Positions 34,518 through 43,339 are shown, numbered from the stretch's first letter. The stretch: DNA of 64,000 nucleotides from Acidobacteriota bacterium (GCA_022562935.1 JADFOI010000002.1:10527-74526), one strand, 5' to 3'. Notes: a model not told the origin generated them from the sequence alone. A program made the numbers and translations.

Positions 34518-36795
34518 TGCTCTTCAGATCAATCCGTCCACTTATGAGTGGTCGGTAAGAATTTTCACGATTCTGAAGAAGATCCTGCGAGTCAATCTCA
34601 AGCTGCACCATGAGGGCCAGGTCGACTCGGGAGACATCTTTCTCTTCAACCACTTTGCCCGCTTCGAGACCTTTATCCCCCAGTACCTGATCTACCAGGA
34701 AACCGGGGCCCAGTGCCGCTCGGTGGCCTCGAAGGATTTCTTCGTCGAGAGATCTGCATTTTCTAATTATCTGTTGAGCGTGGGAGCGGTACCCAATGAC
34801 CATCCCAGGCTTCTTCCTTTCCTGGCCGAAGAAATCCTTCGGGGTCGTAAGGTGATCATCTTTCCAGAGGGCGGAATGGTGAAAGATCGCAGGGTGGTGG
34901 ATAGCGAAGGTCACTACAGCGTCTACTCGCGCATGGCCAAGCAACGGCGCAAACACCACACCGGAGCCGCTGTTTTGGCACTGGCGCTGGACGCCTTCAA
35001 GACGGCGATCCTGCAGGCCCATCAAACAGGGAACGTTAAGCGTGTGGAGTCGTGGGTCGAAGCCCTGGGCATGGACAGTGAGGACACACTGCTGGCCGCG
35101 GCACGTCGGCCCACTCTGATCGTACCGGCTAACATTACCTTCTATCCCATTCGAGTGAGCGACAACATTCTCCACAAGGTGGGAGAGCTGGTCAGCAGGG
35201 GCCTGAGTCGGCGGCTTTCTGAGGAACTGCTCATCGAGGGAAATATCCTGCTCAAGGACACGGACATGGATATTCGCTTGGGTGACCCGGTACAGCCTCC
35301 CAGGTTCTGGAGCTGGTGGGAGCGAAAACTGATGACTCAAGTGAGTCGCAAGATCGATTCTTTGGATGGGTTTTTTGGGTTGGCACCCGAAGGGAGAAGT
35401 TGGGATGTTCGCCTCATAGCACGGCGCATGCGGGACAAAGCCGGACAAATTAGAGACGAGTACATGCACAGGATGTATACCGGCGTGACCGTCAATCTCA
35501 GTCACCTGGCCTCAAGTATCATGCTGACGCTGGTCAACAGAGGGCAAACGGAAGTGGATCACGCACTCTTCCACAAGATCCTCTATCTGGCGGTGAAACA
35601 CGCACAGAAGGAACCTTCCATGCACCTTCATCGAAGCCTCAAAAATCCTGAGGCTTATGGTGGAGTCCTGAAGGGACGATGCCCTGGGCTTGAGCGGTTT
35701 TTGAAAACCACCACCTCCATGGCTCTCGTCGAGAGGATCAATGGCCAATACCGCTTTCTCGCCAAGCTTCTTAAGGAAAACGAGTTCGACGAGATCCGTA
35801 TCGAGAACCTGGTGGTCGTCTATGCCAATGAGGTGGAGCCCATTCCGGGGGTCCGCCGCTCGGTCAGGCAGTCGGTTGAAGAAGCTCCTTCGCTTGATCC
35901 CCAAAGGCTGGCGAAGCTGCGCTTTGACGACGAACGGATTGCTTACGCCTGGGATAGACAACGCTTTTCCAAGCCTCGCCATGAGGAAATCAACCAGCAG
36001 GAGACGGTTACGGAGAGCGGGGAGCCTTTCCTGTTCCTGCCGGAAGAGGGAAAGGAGCTGGGTGTCGTCCTGGTTCACGGGTTCTCAGCCTCGCCCGCTG
36101 AAGTCCGCCCCTTCGCTGAGAAGCTGCAGAACCTGGGTTATCCGGTGATCGGAGTTCGACTCAAGGGTCATGGGACCTCTCCTTGGGATCTCCGGGAGCG
36201 GAGTTGGCAGGACTGGCTGGAGCCGGTGCGGGAAGGTTTAACGATTCTTTCGGCGTTCACCCCTCGCCTCTGCTTGGTCGGATTCTCCACCGGCGGAGGT
36301 TTGTCCCTTCTGCTTGCCGCCGATCAACCGGAGGGCCTGGTTGGAGTGGCGGCCATTTCCGTGCCCATGAAGTTCCGGGACCGCAGAATCATCTTTGTCC
36401 CGCTGGTGCACACCGCCAACAGGCTGGTCCGGTGGGTCTCATCCTTTGAAGGCATCATGCCGTTTCGAGTTACCCAACCGGAGCATCCCCACATCAATTA
36501 CCGGAACAAGTCCGTCCGAGGTCTGTACGAGCTGAGCAGCATGTTGGAGGAACTGGATGAGCGTCTGCCTGATGTGCAGTGTCCGGTTATCCTCATTCAG
36601 GGGACTGACGATCCCACGGTGGATCCGGAAAGCGTCGAACTCATCCACAAGAAGCTGGGTACCCGCCAGAAGGAAGTCGTTATGGTGCCTGCAACCCGAC
36701 ATGGAATCCTGTACGAGGACACTGGGGATACCCAGGAGAGGATCCTTTCGTTTCTGGCGGCTGTTTCCTCGCCGAAGGATGCCCGAGCTGATTGA
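34504..36795 (+). CDS. Fusion protein: lysophospholipid-acyltransferase (PlsC/LPLAT)-like N-terminal domain, helical middle region, C-terminal alpha/beta-hydrolase (carboxylesterase/lysophospholipase-like)
   Basis: 763 aa. The acyltransferase blocks are FLFNHFARFETF (a HX4E variant of HX4D) and IIFPEGGMV. The C-terminal region reads LGVVLVHGFSASPAEV...GHGTSP..., with the nucleophile elbow GFSTGGG, then ...LIQGTDDPTVD...ATRHGIL. It overlaps the PilZ gene by 14 nt. Confidence 0.7.
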   Translation: MDQDDALQINPSTYEWSVRIFTILKKILRVNLKLHHEGQVDSGDIFLFNHFARFETFIPQYLIYQETGAQCRSVASKDFFVERSAFSNYLLSVGAVPNDHPRLLPFLAEEILRGRKVIIFPEGGMVKDRRVVDSEGHYSVYSRMAKQRRKHHTGAAVLALALDAFKTAILQAHQTGNVKRVESWVEALGMDSEDTLLAAARRPTLIVPANITFYPIRVSDNILHKVGELVSRGLSRRLSEELLIEGNILLKDTDMDIRLGDPVQPPRFWSWWERKLMTQVSRKIDSLDGFFGLAPEGRSWDVRLIARRMRDKAGQIRDEYMHRMYTGVTVNLSHLASSIMLTLVNRGQTEVDHALFHKILYLAVKHAQKEPSMHLHRSLKNPEAYGGVLKGRCPGLERFLKTTTSMALVERINGQYRFLAKLLKENEFDEIRIENLVVVYANEVEPIPGVRRSVRQSVEEAPSLDPQRLAKLRFDDERIAYAWDRQRFSKPRHEEINQQETVTESGEPFLFLPEEGKELGVVLVHGFSASPAEVRPFAEKLQNLGYPVIGVRLKGHGTSPWDLRERSWQDWLEPVREGLTILSAFTPRLCLVGFSTGGGLSLLLAADQPEGLVGVAAISVPMKFRDRRIIFVPLVHTANRLVRWVSSFEGIMPFRVTQPEHPHINYRNKSVRGLYELSSMLEELDERLPDVQCPVILIQGTDDPTVDPESVELIHKKLGTRQKEVVMVPATRHGILYEDTGDTQERILSFLAAVSSPKDARAD

Positions 36796-36810
36796 GGCTA
36801 GGAGGGAAAA

Positions 36811-37278
36811 ATGAAACTCTTGAACAAACCGTTTAGGCAGTACTTTAGAGAAGCTCGACTGGGCATAGCACTACTGCTCCTGGTGGCGGTGATGCGCTTT
36901 TTACTCCAACCACTCTTTCAGATTCCCCAGGATCAAGGGACTCACTGGGTGAGTCTCACCATCATGCTGCCCATCATCATGATGTGCTATTCGGTGGCCG
37001 TGGCACTCAAAGGCGGAACTTTTCGCGATTTGCTTGCCCTGGCTGCTTGGTTTGCTCTTTCCGGAATGCTGTTTATCATTCTCGGCATTGCCATCGATGA
37101 CTTTGCGGGAATCGATACCTACTACACGGGTCCAGCAGAATCGAACCCTTGGGGGCATATGTTTGCACATGTGATCGAGGGTGTGGTTTTTACGCTGTTG
37201 CTGTGGGGAATCGGGTCAGTGGTCTACCTGGTGGCAGGAGGGCGCAAACGAGCAGCTTCTGTCGGCTCACCGCTTTGA
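36811..37278 (+). CDS. Hypothetical integral membrane protein (about 4 TM)
   Basis: 155 aa with four hydrophobic segments and no recognised family. It starts 15 nt after the fusion gene. Confidence 0.5.
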   Translation: MKLLNKPFRQYFREARLGIALLLLVAVMRFLLQPLFQIPQDQGTHWVSLTIMLPIIMMCYSVAVALKGGTFRDLLALAAWFALSGMLFIILGIAIDDFAGIDTYYTGPAESNPWGHMFAHVIEGVVFTLLLWGIGSVVYLVAGGRKRAASVGSPL

Positions 37279-37730
37279 AAGAATTCTGATCTGGAGGAGG
37301 GGTACAGAGGCCATGCGCCCTGTCAACAAAGGCTGATAGGGCGCATTCCCTGCGTGTCTTGAGGAATTAGTCGGACCACAAGACTGATTTCAGATGCTCT
37401 AACAAGGTGTTACCTCCCTCTTATCGGGTTTTCGTTTATAAGGCAACCAGCGTGATCGGTATGGTGTGCTGGACCTTGGGTTAACGCGACTTTCGCGACA
37501 TACTTCGACTAAACATAGCAATTCTTGTTCCCAAAGTGGTGGGCCGCCGTAAATTATCTTTAAGCTATTGAAAATAATTGAGTTAACTTCTTAGATCTGG
37601 GGTGGCTCTGGAGGCTGCCTATCCCATGCTTTTGTCTAGTCCGATGGTCGAAGAGCACCCAATAAGTCTTGCCGTGGCCCGATAAAATTCATCATTGCAA
37701 TGAGTTAAGCGATTCCCAGAGGGATTGGGA

Positions 37731-37758
37731 CAGAATGTAAACTCAAGTTTACATTCTG
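37731..37758. repeat. Perfect 12-bp inverted repeat (possible terminator of the M48 operon)
   Basis: CAGAATGTAAAC-TCAA-GTTTACATTCTG lies 9 nt downstream of the M48 stop on the minus strand. No U-tract follows, so terminator function is uncertain. Confidence 0.4.
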
Positions 37759-37767
37759 GAGTGCAAG

Positions 37768-38577
37768 CTACTCGGGTAAATCCAGCGATGTTTTTTCCCC
37801 CATGGGGTAATGGGCGCTGGAAATCAACTCGTTGAGGAAATCGACTCGGTTGGCCGGCGAGGGATGAGAAGCGAAGAAATAGGCCAGAGGACCTTCCGGA
37901 TCCTCCTTTTGGATCCTTTCGAAAAAATCGGTGGCCCCGGCCACATGTTGGTAGGTTTTCTGAAGGAGATGAAGGCCAAATTCATCGACTTGTTGTTCCT
38001 GTCGCTGGGAGAATCGAGATTCTACCGTGGCCAGACTGTCCTGGAGAAATTGAGTAATGCCGCTCTGGTCTCCCAGTAGGGTGGCGGAGAGAACCAACAG
38101 CACCAGTCCCCGCCCCAATCCTATGAGATGGTGGCGCTCGGCGAAGTGCCCTAGTTCGTGTCCGAGAATCATGGCCAGTTCGTTTTCCGATTCCACTCGA
38201 TCGAGCAGACCTCTATAGAGCACGATATGTCCGCCGGGTAGCGCCATCGCATTGACCATCGGACTCTCCTCGACGTGGAGCTGGTAATCGAGTGTTTGTG
38301 AGGGCTCATGCTCGACCAACCGATCCAGGATGCCCTGAAGGTATTGCCTTTCGGGTGAGTCTTCGACGGCGTAGTTCCCCAGAAACAGTTCACCCAGGGA
38401 TCGTTCCACGCTCTGGGGTATGTGGGGGACGACGACCCATTCCAAGACAAAGCCCAACAGGACGTAAACCAGTATCAGGGCTCCGAGAATGCCTCCAGTC
38501 AGGATGGCAAACTCTTTCAACGGATGGGTTGTGGAAGTGTTGACGTTTTTGGTGAGGAGCTTGGGTGTGTACTTCAC
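37768..38577 (-). CDS. M48-family zinc metallopeptidase (membrane-anchored)
   Basis: 269 aa with an N-terminal TM, HELGHFAERHH (HExxH) and the downstream ...FFASHPSPANR typical of M48. Confidence 0.8.
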   Translation of the reverse strand: MKYTPKLLTKNVNTSTTHPLKEFAILTGGILGALILVYVLLGFVLEWVVVPHIPQSVERSLGELFLGNYAVEDSPERQYLQGILDRLVEHEPSQTLDYQLHVEESPMVNAMALPGGHIVLYRGLLDRVESENELAMILGHELGHFAERHHLIGLGRGLVLLVLSATLLGDQSGITQFLQDSLATVESRFSQRQEQQVDEFGLHLLQKTYQHVAGATDFFERIQKEDPEGPLAYFFASHPSPANRVDFLNELISSAHYPMGEKTSLDLPE

Positions 38578-39026
38578 AGCTTCTTCTTCAGCTTGATTGC
38601 CGTACCGTAGGCAAAGACCTCAACGCTGCCGATCCCGTTTTGGGAGGCGGAGCTGAAAATGCTGGCCGTTTCCACTCGCGTATTGACGATGATATGACTA
38701 CCCAGAGCCTCATATTTCATCCTCAGGATGGCCTCGCGGCGTGCCCGATCGATCAGCGTCTCATAAGCCGTCATCCTGCCTCCGATGATATTTCGAAGAA
38801 CCGCCAGGATGCGCTTGAAATAGTCGATGGAGATCACACAGCTTCCGGTGACCAGAAACGATTTAGCGATCTGATCCACTTCGGGCAACATCTTACTGGT
38901 AACGGTGGGCAGATGGAGGGAAGCCTTCTCGCGCAGCAGAATGGATTTGTAGTGCCGATGCTCCGTGGCTCGACCGGCAAAGTACCCTATCGTCAACAGG
39001 ATGAGGAAAAGGGCCAGGTCAAGCAT
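38574..39026 (-). CDS. YbjQ/UPF0145-family protein with N-terminal TM anchor
   Basis: 150 aa with the TM MLDLALFLILLTIGYFAG. The YbjQ-like core reads VTGSCVISIDYFKRILAVLRNIIGGRMTAYETLIDRARREAILRM...VEVFAYGTAIKL. It overlaps the M48 start by 4 nt. Confidence 0.7.
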   Translation of the reverse strand: MLDLALFLILLTIGYFAGRATEHRHYKSILLREKASLHLPTVTSKMLPEVDQIAKSFLVTGSCVISIDYFKRILAVLRNIIGGRMTAYETLIDRARREAILRMKYEALGSHIIVNTRVETASIFSSASQNGIGSVEVFAYGTAIKLKKKL

Positions 39027-39041
39027 CGGCTTTTTGTTCTT

Positions 39042-39422
39042 CTACTCGATGCGAACGGCAGTACCGTAGGCGAAGAGCTCTGCTGCTCCTTTGGCGACCG
39101 AGGAGGTGGCGAAGCGAACATTGATGATGGCGTTTGCTCCCAGCTGGCGGGCCTGTTCGATCATCCTTGAGGTTGCCTCCTCGCGGGACTCCTGCAGCAG
39201 TTTGGTGTACCCCTTCAGTTCCCCACCGATGATATTCTTTAGACTGGCCAGGGTGTCCGTGCCGATGTGCTTGGCACGAATGGTGGCTCCCTGGACCAAT
39301 CCAAAGTGTTCGACAATGGTTTTACCGGGAACGGAATCGATATTGGTCAGGAGTATCGCCGAATCATTCACCTTTTTGATTATAACAAAGGCAACGGCCG
39401 GTCCGGTGAATGAGGGATTCAT
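39042..39422 (-). CDS. YbjQ/UPF0145-family protein (soluble)
   Basis: 126 aa with GLVQGATIRAKHIGTDTLASLKNIIGGELKGYTKLLQESREEATSRMIEQARQLGANAIINVRF...AELFAYGTAVRI. Confidence 0.75.
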   Translation of the reverse strand: MNPSFTGPAVAFVIIKKVNDSAILLTNIDSVPGKTIVEHFGLVQGATIRAKHIGTDTLASLKNIIGGELKGYTKLLQESREEATSRMIEQARQLGANAIINVRFATSSVAKGAAELFAYGTAVRIE

Positions 39423-39423
39423 G

Positions 39424-39716
39424 GCCGGGATTATTCATAGGTACTCGTCACGAGTGGTTCCCCGGGACCGTCAAGATTGCAAAGACTTTGGAATGTGGGA
39501 GGCACCTCAGGTGCCGAATCCGAAAAGAATGGGGAAAGAATAGGCGAGAGTTATCTTGTGTTACACGGTAGGAGCTATCTTAGGGATCGAGTTGTTCGGC
39601 ACCTGAGGTGCCTCCCACATTCCGGAGGTTCTTGCCACTCGTGGCAAACAGTACAGTCGGTGCAGCACGCCGGATGGTTTCGTTGCTGCAGTAGAGAATT
39701 TATGAATAATCCCGGC
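39424..39716. repeat. Inverted-repeat-bounded intergenic repeat, copy B (MITE-like, 293 bp)
   Basis: The perfect 16-nt terminal inverted repeat GCCGGGATTATTCATA lies at 39424..39439 and, in reverse complement, at 39701..39716. A perfect internal 29-nt inverted repeat GGAATGTGGGAGGCACCTCAGGTGCCGAA pairs 39490..39518 with 39595..39623. Further arm pairing occurs at CACGAGTGG / CCACTCGTG. It contains no ORF. Confidence 0.8.
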
Positions 39717-39781
39717 TAAGCACTGGTGTAGAAAATCTTTGTAGCGGTCACCACAGTGGAGGGCATGTCGCCCGATTAGGG

Positions 39782-40837
39782 CTAGGACTTTGTGATCAGA
39801 TGAGTGTCCTGGACCAGAGGAACGTTTTCTTCGGTCTCCTCGTCGACAGCTAGGGGCACGGCCTGCTGTTGGGCAAGGGGTCCAACCAGCTTCCGGGGGT
39901 AAGCCTGTCGGTTGACTTGAAGGGAGAAAACGTCGAAGCGCTGGTAGTGGCCTGTGACGTCATGCACCATCTTGCCTCGTGCTACCTCTTCCAGGTCGAG
40001 ATCAGCGTACAGGATCGTTTCCCCTTCGTCCTGGGGACCCACGATGTAGTCACCCATCGGATTGAGGATACCCGAATGACCTCCCTCGCCGATAAAGCTG
40101 GAACGCGCCTTGGAGTCCAGTTGCAGCACATCTTTCATTTCTTCGTTCCAAACCGAGCAAACCGAGAGGACGAAAATACGCCCTTCGAAGGCGTAATAGC
40201 GCATTCGAACGTCCATGGTGTGGAACTGGCGCTCATAACCCTTGGTGCCAAAGGAAGGCCAGCTCGCAACGTGAACCACTTCACCTTCCAGCAGCAGGGC
40301 GGTACGGGCCAGACTGTTGATGTTTTCTCCGCAGATCAAACCGGACAATCGACCGAAAGGAGTGTCATAGGTGCTCAACGTACTCCCATCACCTCCCGTG
40401 TGAACCAGGCGCTCCCAGATCGTAGGCACCAGCTTTCGATGTCTGCCCAGGAAAGAGCCATCGGGCCCAAAAAACAGCTGGGTGTTGTAGAGGGTTCCAT
40501 AACTTCCCGCTTCCTTTTCCGCCACCCCCATCACCACATAGGCCTTGGCACGCCGTGCCGCTCGTCCCAGGGCCTCGGTGTCGGAGCTTGGGGCGACAAC
40601 TGCATTCTTGAAGAGTTCCAGATTAAAAGTGTTGCAGATTGGATCGTTGGCCAAATAGAAGTCATACCAATAGGGATGTCCTGGGATGAAGCATTCGGGA
40701 AAGCCGATCACCTGGGCTCCGGCCTCTCCGGCTTCCTCGATCAGTCGACAAGCCTTGGCTACAGTTGCTTCGCGATCGAGTAATACCGGTGCCGCCTGGA
40801 CGGCGGCCGCCTTGAGCTTCGGAAATGTATCACCCAT
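39782..40837 (-). CDS. Nitrilase (branch-1 nitrilase/cyanide hydratase-like C-N hydrolase)
   Basis: 351 aa with KAAAVQAAPV...VIGFPECFIPGHPYW (Glu), GRHRKLVPT (Lys) and SGLICGENINSLAR (Cys; CGE instead of the usual CWE). Confidence 0.8.
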   Translation of the reverse strand: MGDTFPKLKAAAVQAAPVLLDREATVAKACRLIEEAGEAGAQVIGFPECFIPGHPYWYDFYLANDPICNTFNLELFKNAVVAPSSDTEALGRAARRAKAYVVMGVAEKEAGSYGTLYNTQLFFGPDGSFLGRHRKLVPTIWERLVHTGGDGSTLSTYDTPFGRLSGLICGENINSLARTALLLEGEVVHVASWPSFGTKGYERQFHTMDVRMRYYAFEGRIFVLSVCSVWNEEMKDVLQLDSKARSSFIGEGGHSGILNPMGDYIVGPQDEGETILYADLDLEEVARGKMVHDVTGHYQRFDVFSLQVNRQAYPRKLVGPLAQQQAVPLAVDEETEENVPLVQDTHLITKS

Positions 40838-40934
40838 TGCTGTACCTCCCCATCAAGAGACTTTCGAGAATTGTATCCCGGAAGGAAAAGGTTGTAAAAT
40901 CCTCTCGCTTCCGGTACTTCAGCGGGATTATCTT

Positions 40935-43259
40935 TTGATCTTGAGAGCAACGCTTACTCTTCTTTCCGTCATCAGCACCTTAACCTGGTTGGGGCCTGAG
41001 GTGTCGTGGGCCCAACGACCCATCATGCCCGGTGGATATCGTCTTCCCGAGTACCTCCAGCCGATCACCCTGAAGCCGGTGTTTCGACCAGAGCCCCTGT
41101 TGCAGGCAGCCCGGCAGGTCATGGGTGATGTGGCTTCCCTTGTGCCGGGGGAACAGGTTGTGATCCTCTCAGACTCCAGCATTAGTCCTTTGCTGCCCCA
41201 GGTTTTTGAGCAGGCTGCCCGCGAGAAGAAAGCTCAGGTCCGGGTGCACTCCCTTCCTCTATCGGCCGCTTCAGATACGGCAACCCTACTGCGGGAACAG
41301 CACTGGAGAAACTGGTGGCCGCAGGAGGTGTGGGATGAAGTTCGCACAGCCGATGTGGTTGTGGCTCTGGCCTATTTGAATCCTGAATTTCTGAAGGAGC
41401 CGCTCATTTCCGGACGAATCGAGAGCGGCCGACTCCGCTTTATTTCCGTCATAGCGGTTCCCGAACTGCTGGCAGCGCCTGGAGCTCTTTATCCGCGTGA
41501 GATTATTGACCTGCTGGCGGAAAAAATATCTCTGCGACTCCGTCGTGCCAAGACCATTCGGGTCACCGATCCGGCGGGCACGGATCTGACTTTCACCCCC
41601 GCCGCGGTCACCCGTTCTGCACACTCTCTTTCTCGCCCCTTTCCCTATAACGCCACAGTGCAGGTGACTCCGGACCAAGACCTGAAGGGATCGGTTGTCA
41701 GCCACGGTGTCTCAACCGGGTTTATGCCTCTCCTGCGTATGGACATCGAAGCAGGTCGTATCGTCTCGCTTCAGGGAGGCGGGGAAATTGGAGAACTGCT
41801 GAAATCACGGAACCATGAGTCCTTCCAATTGCGAACCCTCGATTGGTCCCTTCATCCCAAGTCGGTTCGCCTTCCCCAGCCCTTAACCGGTTCCGCGGCC
41901 CTTCACAATCAGCTGGCCAGCGCTGGAAGAGTGGGTGCCATGCGTCTCGGTTTTTGGGGCGAGGATCGTTCCCAGTCCTTCTTCTTTCAGGTCTATTTTC
42001 CTTCCGTTTGGGCAGACGGCGAGGAGGTGCTACGGGAGGGCTACCCTGCGGCGCTGAAGGACCCGGAGGTCCTTCGACTGGCGGAAGCAATGGGAGGAAG
42101 GGAGTTGCTGGTGGTCCAGTGCACGGTTCTACCGGGAACGCTGCCGGAACCCAGAATTCCAAAGATCGACCCCATCACCCAGGTCGATCCCCTTTTGCCG
42201 GCCCTGGCAATACTCATCCAGGATGTGGCTAAAATTCGCAGGGATGAAAAGGTTCTAATCGTCAACGACGATTCGGTGCCCAGACTGATTCTAGAAGGAC
42301 TGGAAGCTGTCCTTGCAGAAACCGGGGCTCAGGTGACAACAATCAGCGCCGAAGTTCCTGAGGGAGAAGTGGAACCTTTTGCCCTGTTGCAACAGGCCGT
42401 GGGACGAAACTTTTCATCCGACTTGAGAGAGGCCATCGAAGAGGCCGATTGTGTTCTTTCACTCGCCTATTTTCATCTCCCCGATCTGACCGTAGAGGGT
42501 GAAGACCTGGACTCCTGGCTGGAAAGTATTCATACCCGTTGGGTGGGGGTGGTCGCCATTCCGGAATTGCTGGCCTCAAAATGGGCCACCTACCCTCCTG
42601 AACTGCTGGAGCTCATTGGAAGTAAGGTCGAGGAAGAGCTACGAGCGGAGCAGACCATCATTCTTTCCAACAACCAGGGAACCAGTCTCATCTACGATTA
42701 CGAAGTGAAGAAAAGTCCTTTTTACAGGAACTGGTCCATATTTCCCGGCAACGTTCGTTTCCGTGTGGTCCCCAAAAGCCGAGGTGTGGAGGGAATCATC
42801 GTCACCTCAAACCTGTTCACGGGAAGGGTGCCGCGCACAGAGGTTCACATCGGCGAGAGTCAGGTCGTACAACTGGATGGGAGCGCCAGAACGACGGGGG
42901 CGGTGAAGACGGCGACTGCCCAGGGAGGGTTTATTGAATTCAGTTTCGGAGTGCACCCGAAGGCCTTTGCCATACCAGGTGGGGTGAGGGGATTTTCCTC
43001 TCTCCTATGGTCTCACTATGCGGCCACTCAACGATCCGGAATTGTCTCTGTCTTGCTGGGCCCCTGGTCGGGGAATCAAGGACGTCTCCAGTTGGCCATG
43101 TTCTTCGCTCTTCTGAACGCGGGAGGGCCGAACATCATCATTGACCTCGGACATCTGACCGTGCTGGATGATGCAGAGGTCCAGGCATTGGCTGCCCAGC
43201 TGGGATCGGTTGAAGATCTGCTCGAAGAGGAGTGGATTCCCGCCATAGGGGAGAGATGA
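40935..43259 (+). CDS. Two-module M29 (aminopeptidase T)/NicX-fold protein, probable signal peptide, metal ligands not conserved
   Basis: The ORF-track ATG (40686) lies inside the convergent nitrilase gene. I prefer the in-frame TTG at 40935, which gives (M)ILRATLTLLSVISTLTWLGPEVSWA|Q. An alternative ATG at 41025 gives no signal peptide. Two ~380-aa modules each end in a ...DPEV/DAEV..LA... motif that is shared with the next gene. Confidence 0.55.
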   Translation: MILRATLTLLSVISTLTWLGPEVSWAQRPIMPGGYRLPEYLQPITLKPVFRPEPLLQAARQVMGDVASLVPGEQVVILSDSSISPLLPQVFEQAAREKKAQVRVHSLPLSAASDTATLLREQHWRNWWPQEVWDEVRTADVVVALAYLNPEFLKEPLISGRIESGRLRFISVIAVPELLAAPGALYPREIIDLLAEKISLRLRRAKTIRVTDPAGTDLTFTPAAVTRSAHSLSRPFPYNATVQVTPDQDLKGSVVSHGVSTGFMPLLRMDIEAGRIVSLQGGGEIGELLKSRNHESFQLRTLDWSLHPKSVRLPQPLTGSAALHNQLASAGRVGAMRLGFWGEDRSQSFFFQVYFPSVWADGEEVLREGYPAALKDPEVLRLAEAMGGRELLVVQCTVLPGTLPEPRIPKIDPITQVDPLLPALAILIQDVAKIRRDEKVLIVNDDSVPRLILEGLEAVLAETGAQVTTISAEVPEGEVEPFALLQQAVGRNFSSDLREAIEEADCVLSLAYFHLPDLTVEGEDLDSWLESIHTRWVGVVAIPELLASKWATYPPELLELIGSKVEEELRAEQTIILSNNQGTSLIYDYEVKKSPFYRNWSIFPGNVRFRVVPKSRGVEGIIVTSNLFTGRVPRTEVHIGESQVVQLDGSARTTGAVKTATAQGGFIEFSFGVHPKAFAIPGGVRGFSSLLWSHYAATQRSGIVSVLLGPWSGNQGRLQLAMFFALLNAGGPNIIIDLGHLTVLDDAEVQALAAQLGSVEDLLEEEWIPAIGER

Positions 43260-43339
43260 ACAACTTAAAAAATTCTCTTAGAGGGTTCTTTATAAGACTG
43301 GTACACTACTCAAAACGCAATCACTGGGGAGGTGATGGA

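Noticed and set aside
34402-35505. 367-aa minus-strand ORF, with similar cases at 43541-44557, 39869-40783, 44624-45385, 24742-25458, 62771-63577 and 34-609
   Set aside because: Each lies fully inside, and antisense to, a gene with strong motif support. These genes are the acyltransferase fusion, M29-like, nitrilase, isochorismatase, ruvX/mltG, UbiD and rel. None of the antisense ORFs has a recognisable domain.
37279-37767. tmRNA, RNase P RNA, SRP RNA or 6S RNA in the ORF-free spacer
   Set aside because: None of the conserved motifs I know is present: the tmRNA tag-reading frame and 3' tRNA-like end, the RNase P GAGGAAAGUCC, or the SRP GGAAG/AGCAG helix-8 motif. The region is kept only as an unexplained finding.
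40686-40934. ATG at 40686 as the start of the two-module M29-like gene
   Set aside because: It would place about 150 nt of coding sequence inside the well-supported convergent nitrilase gene. The N-terminal ~80 aa it adds are low-complexity. An in-frame TTG at 40935 gives a plausible signal peptide.
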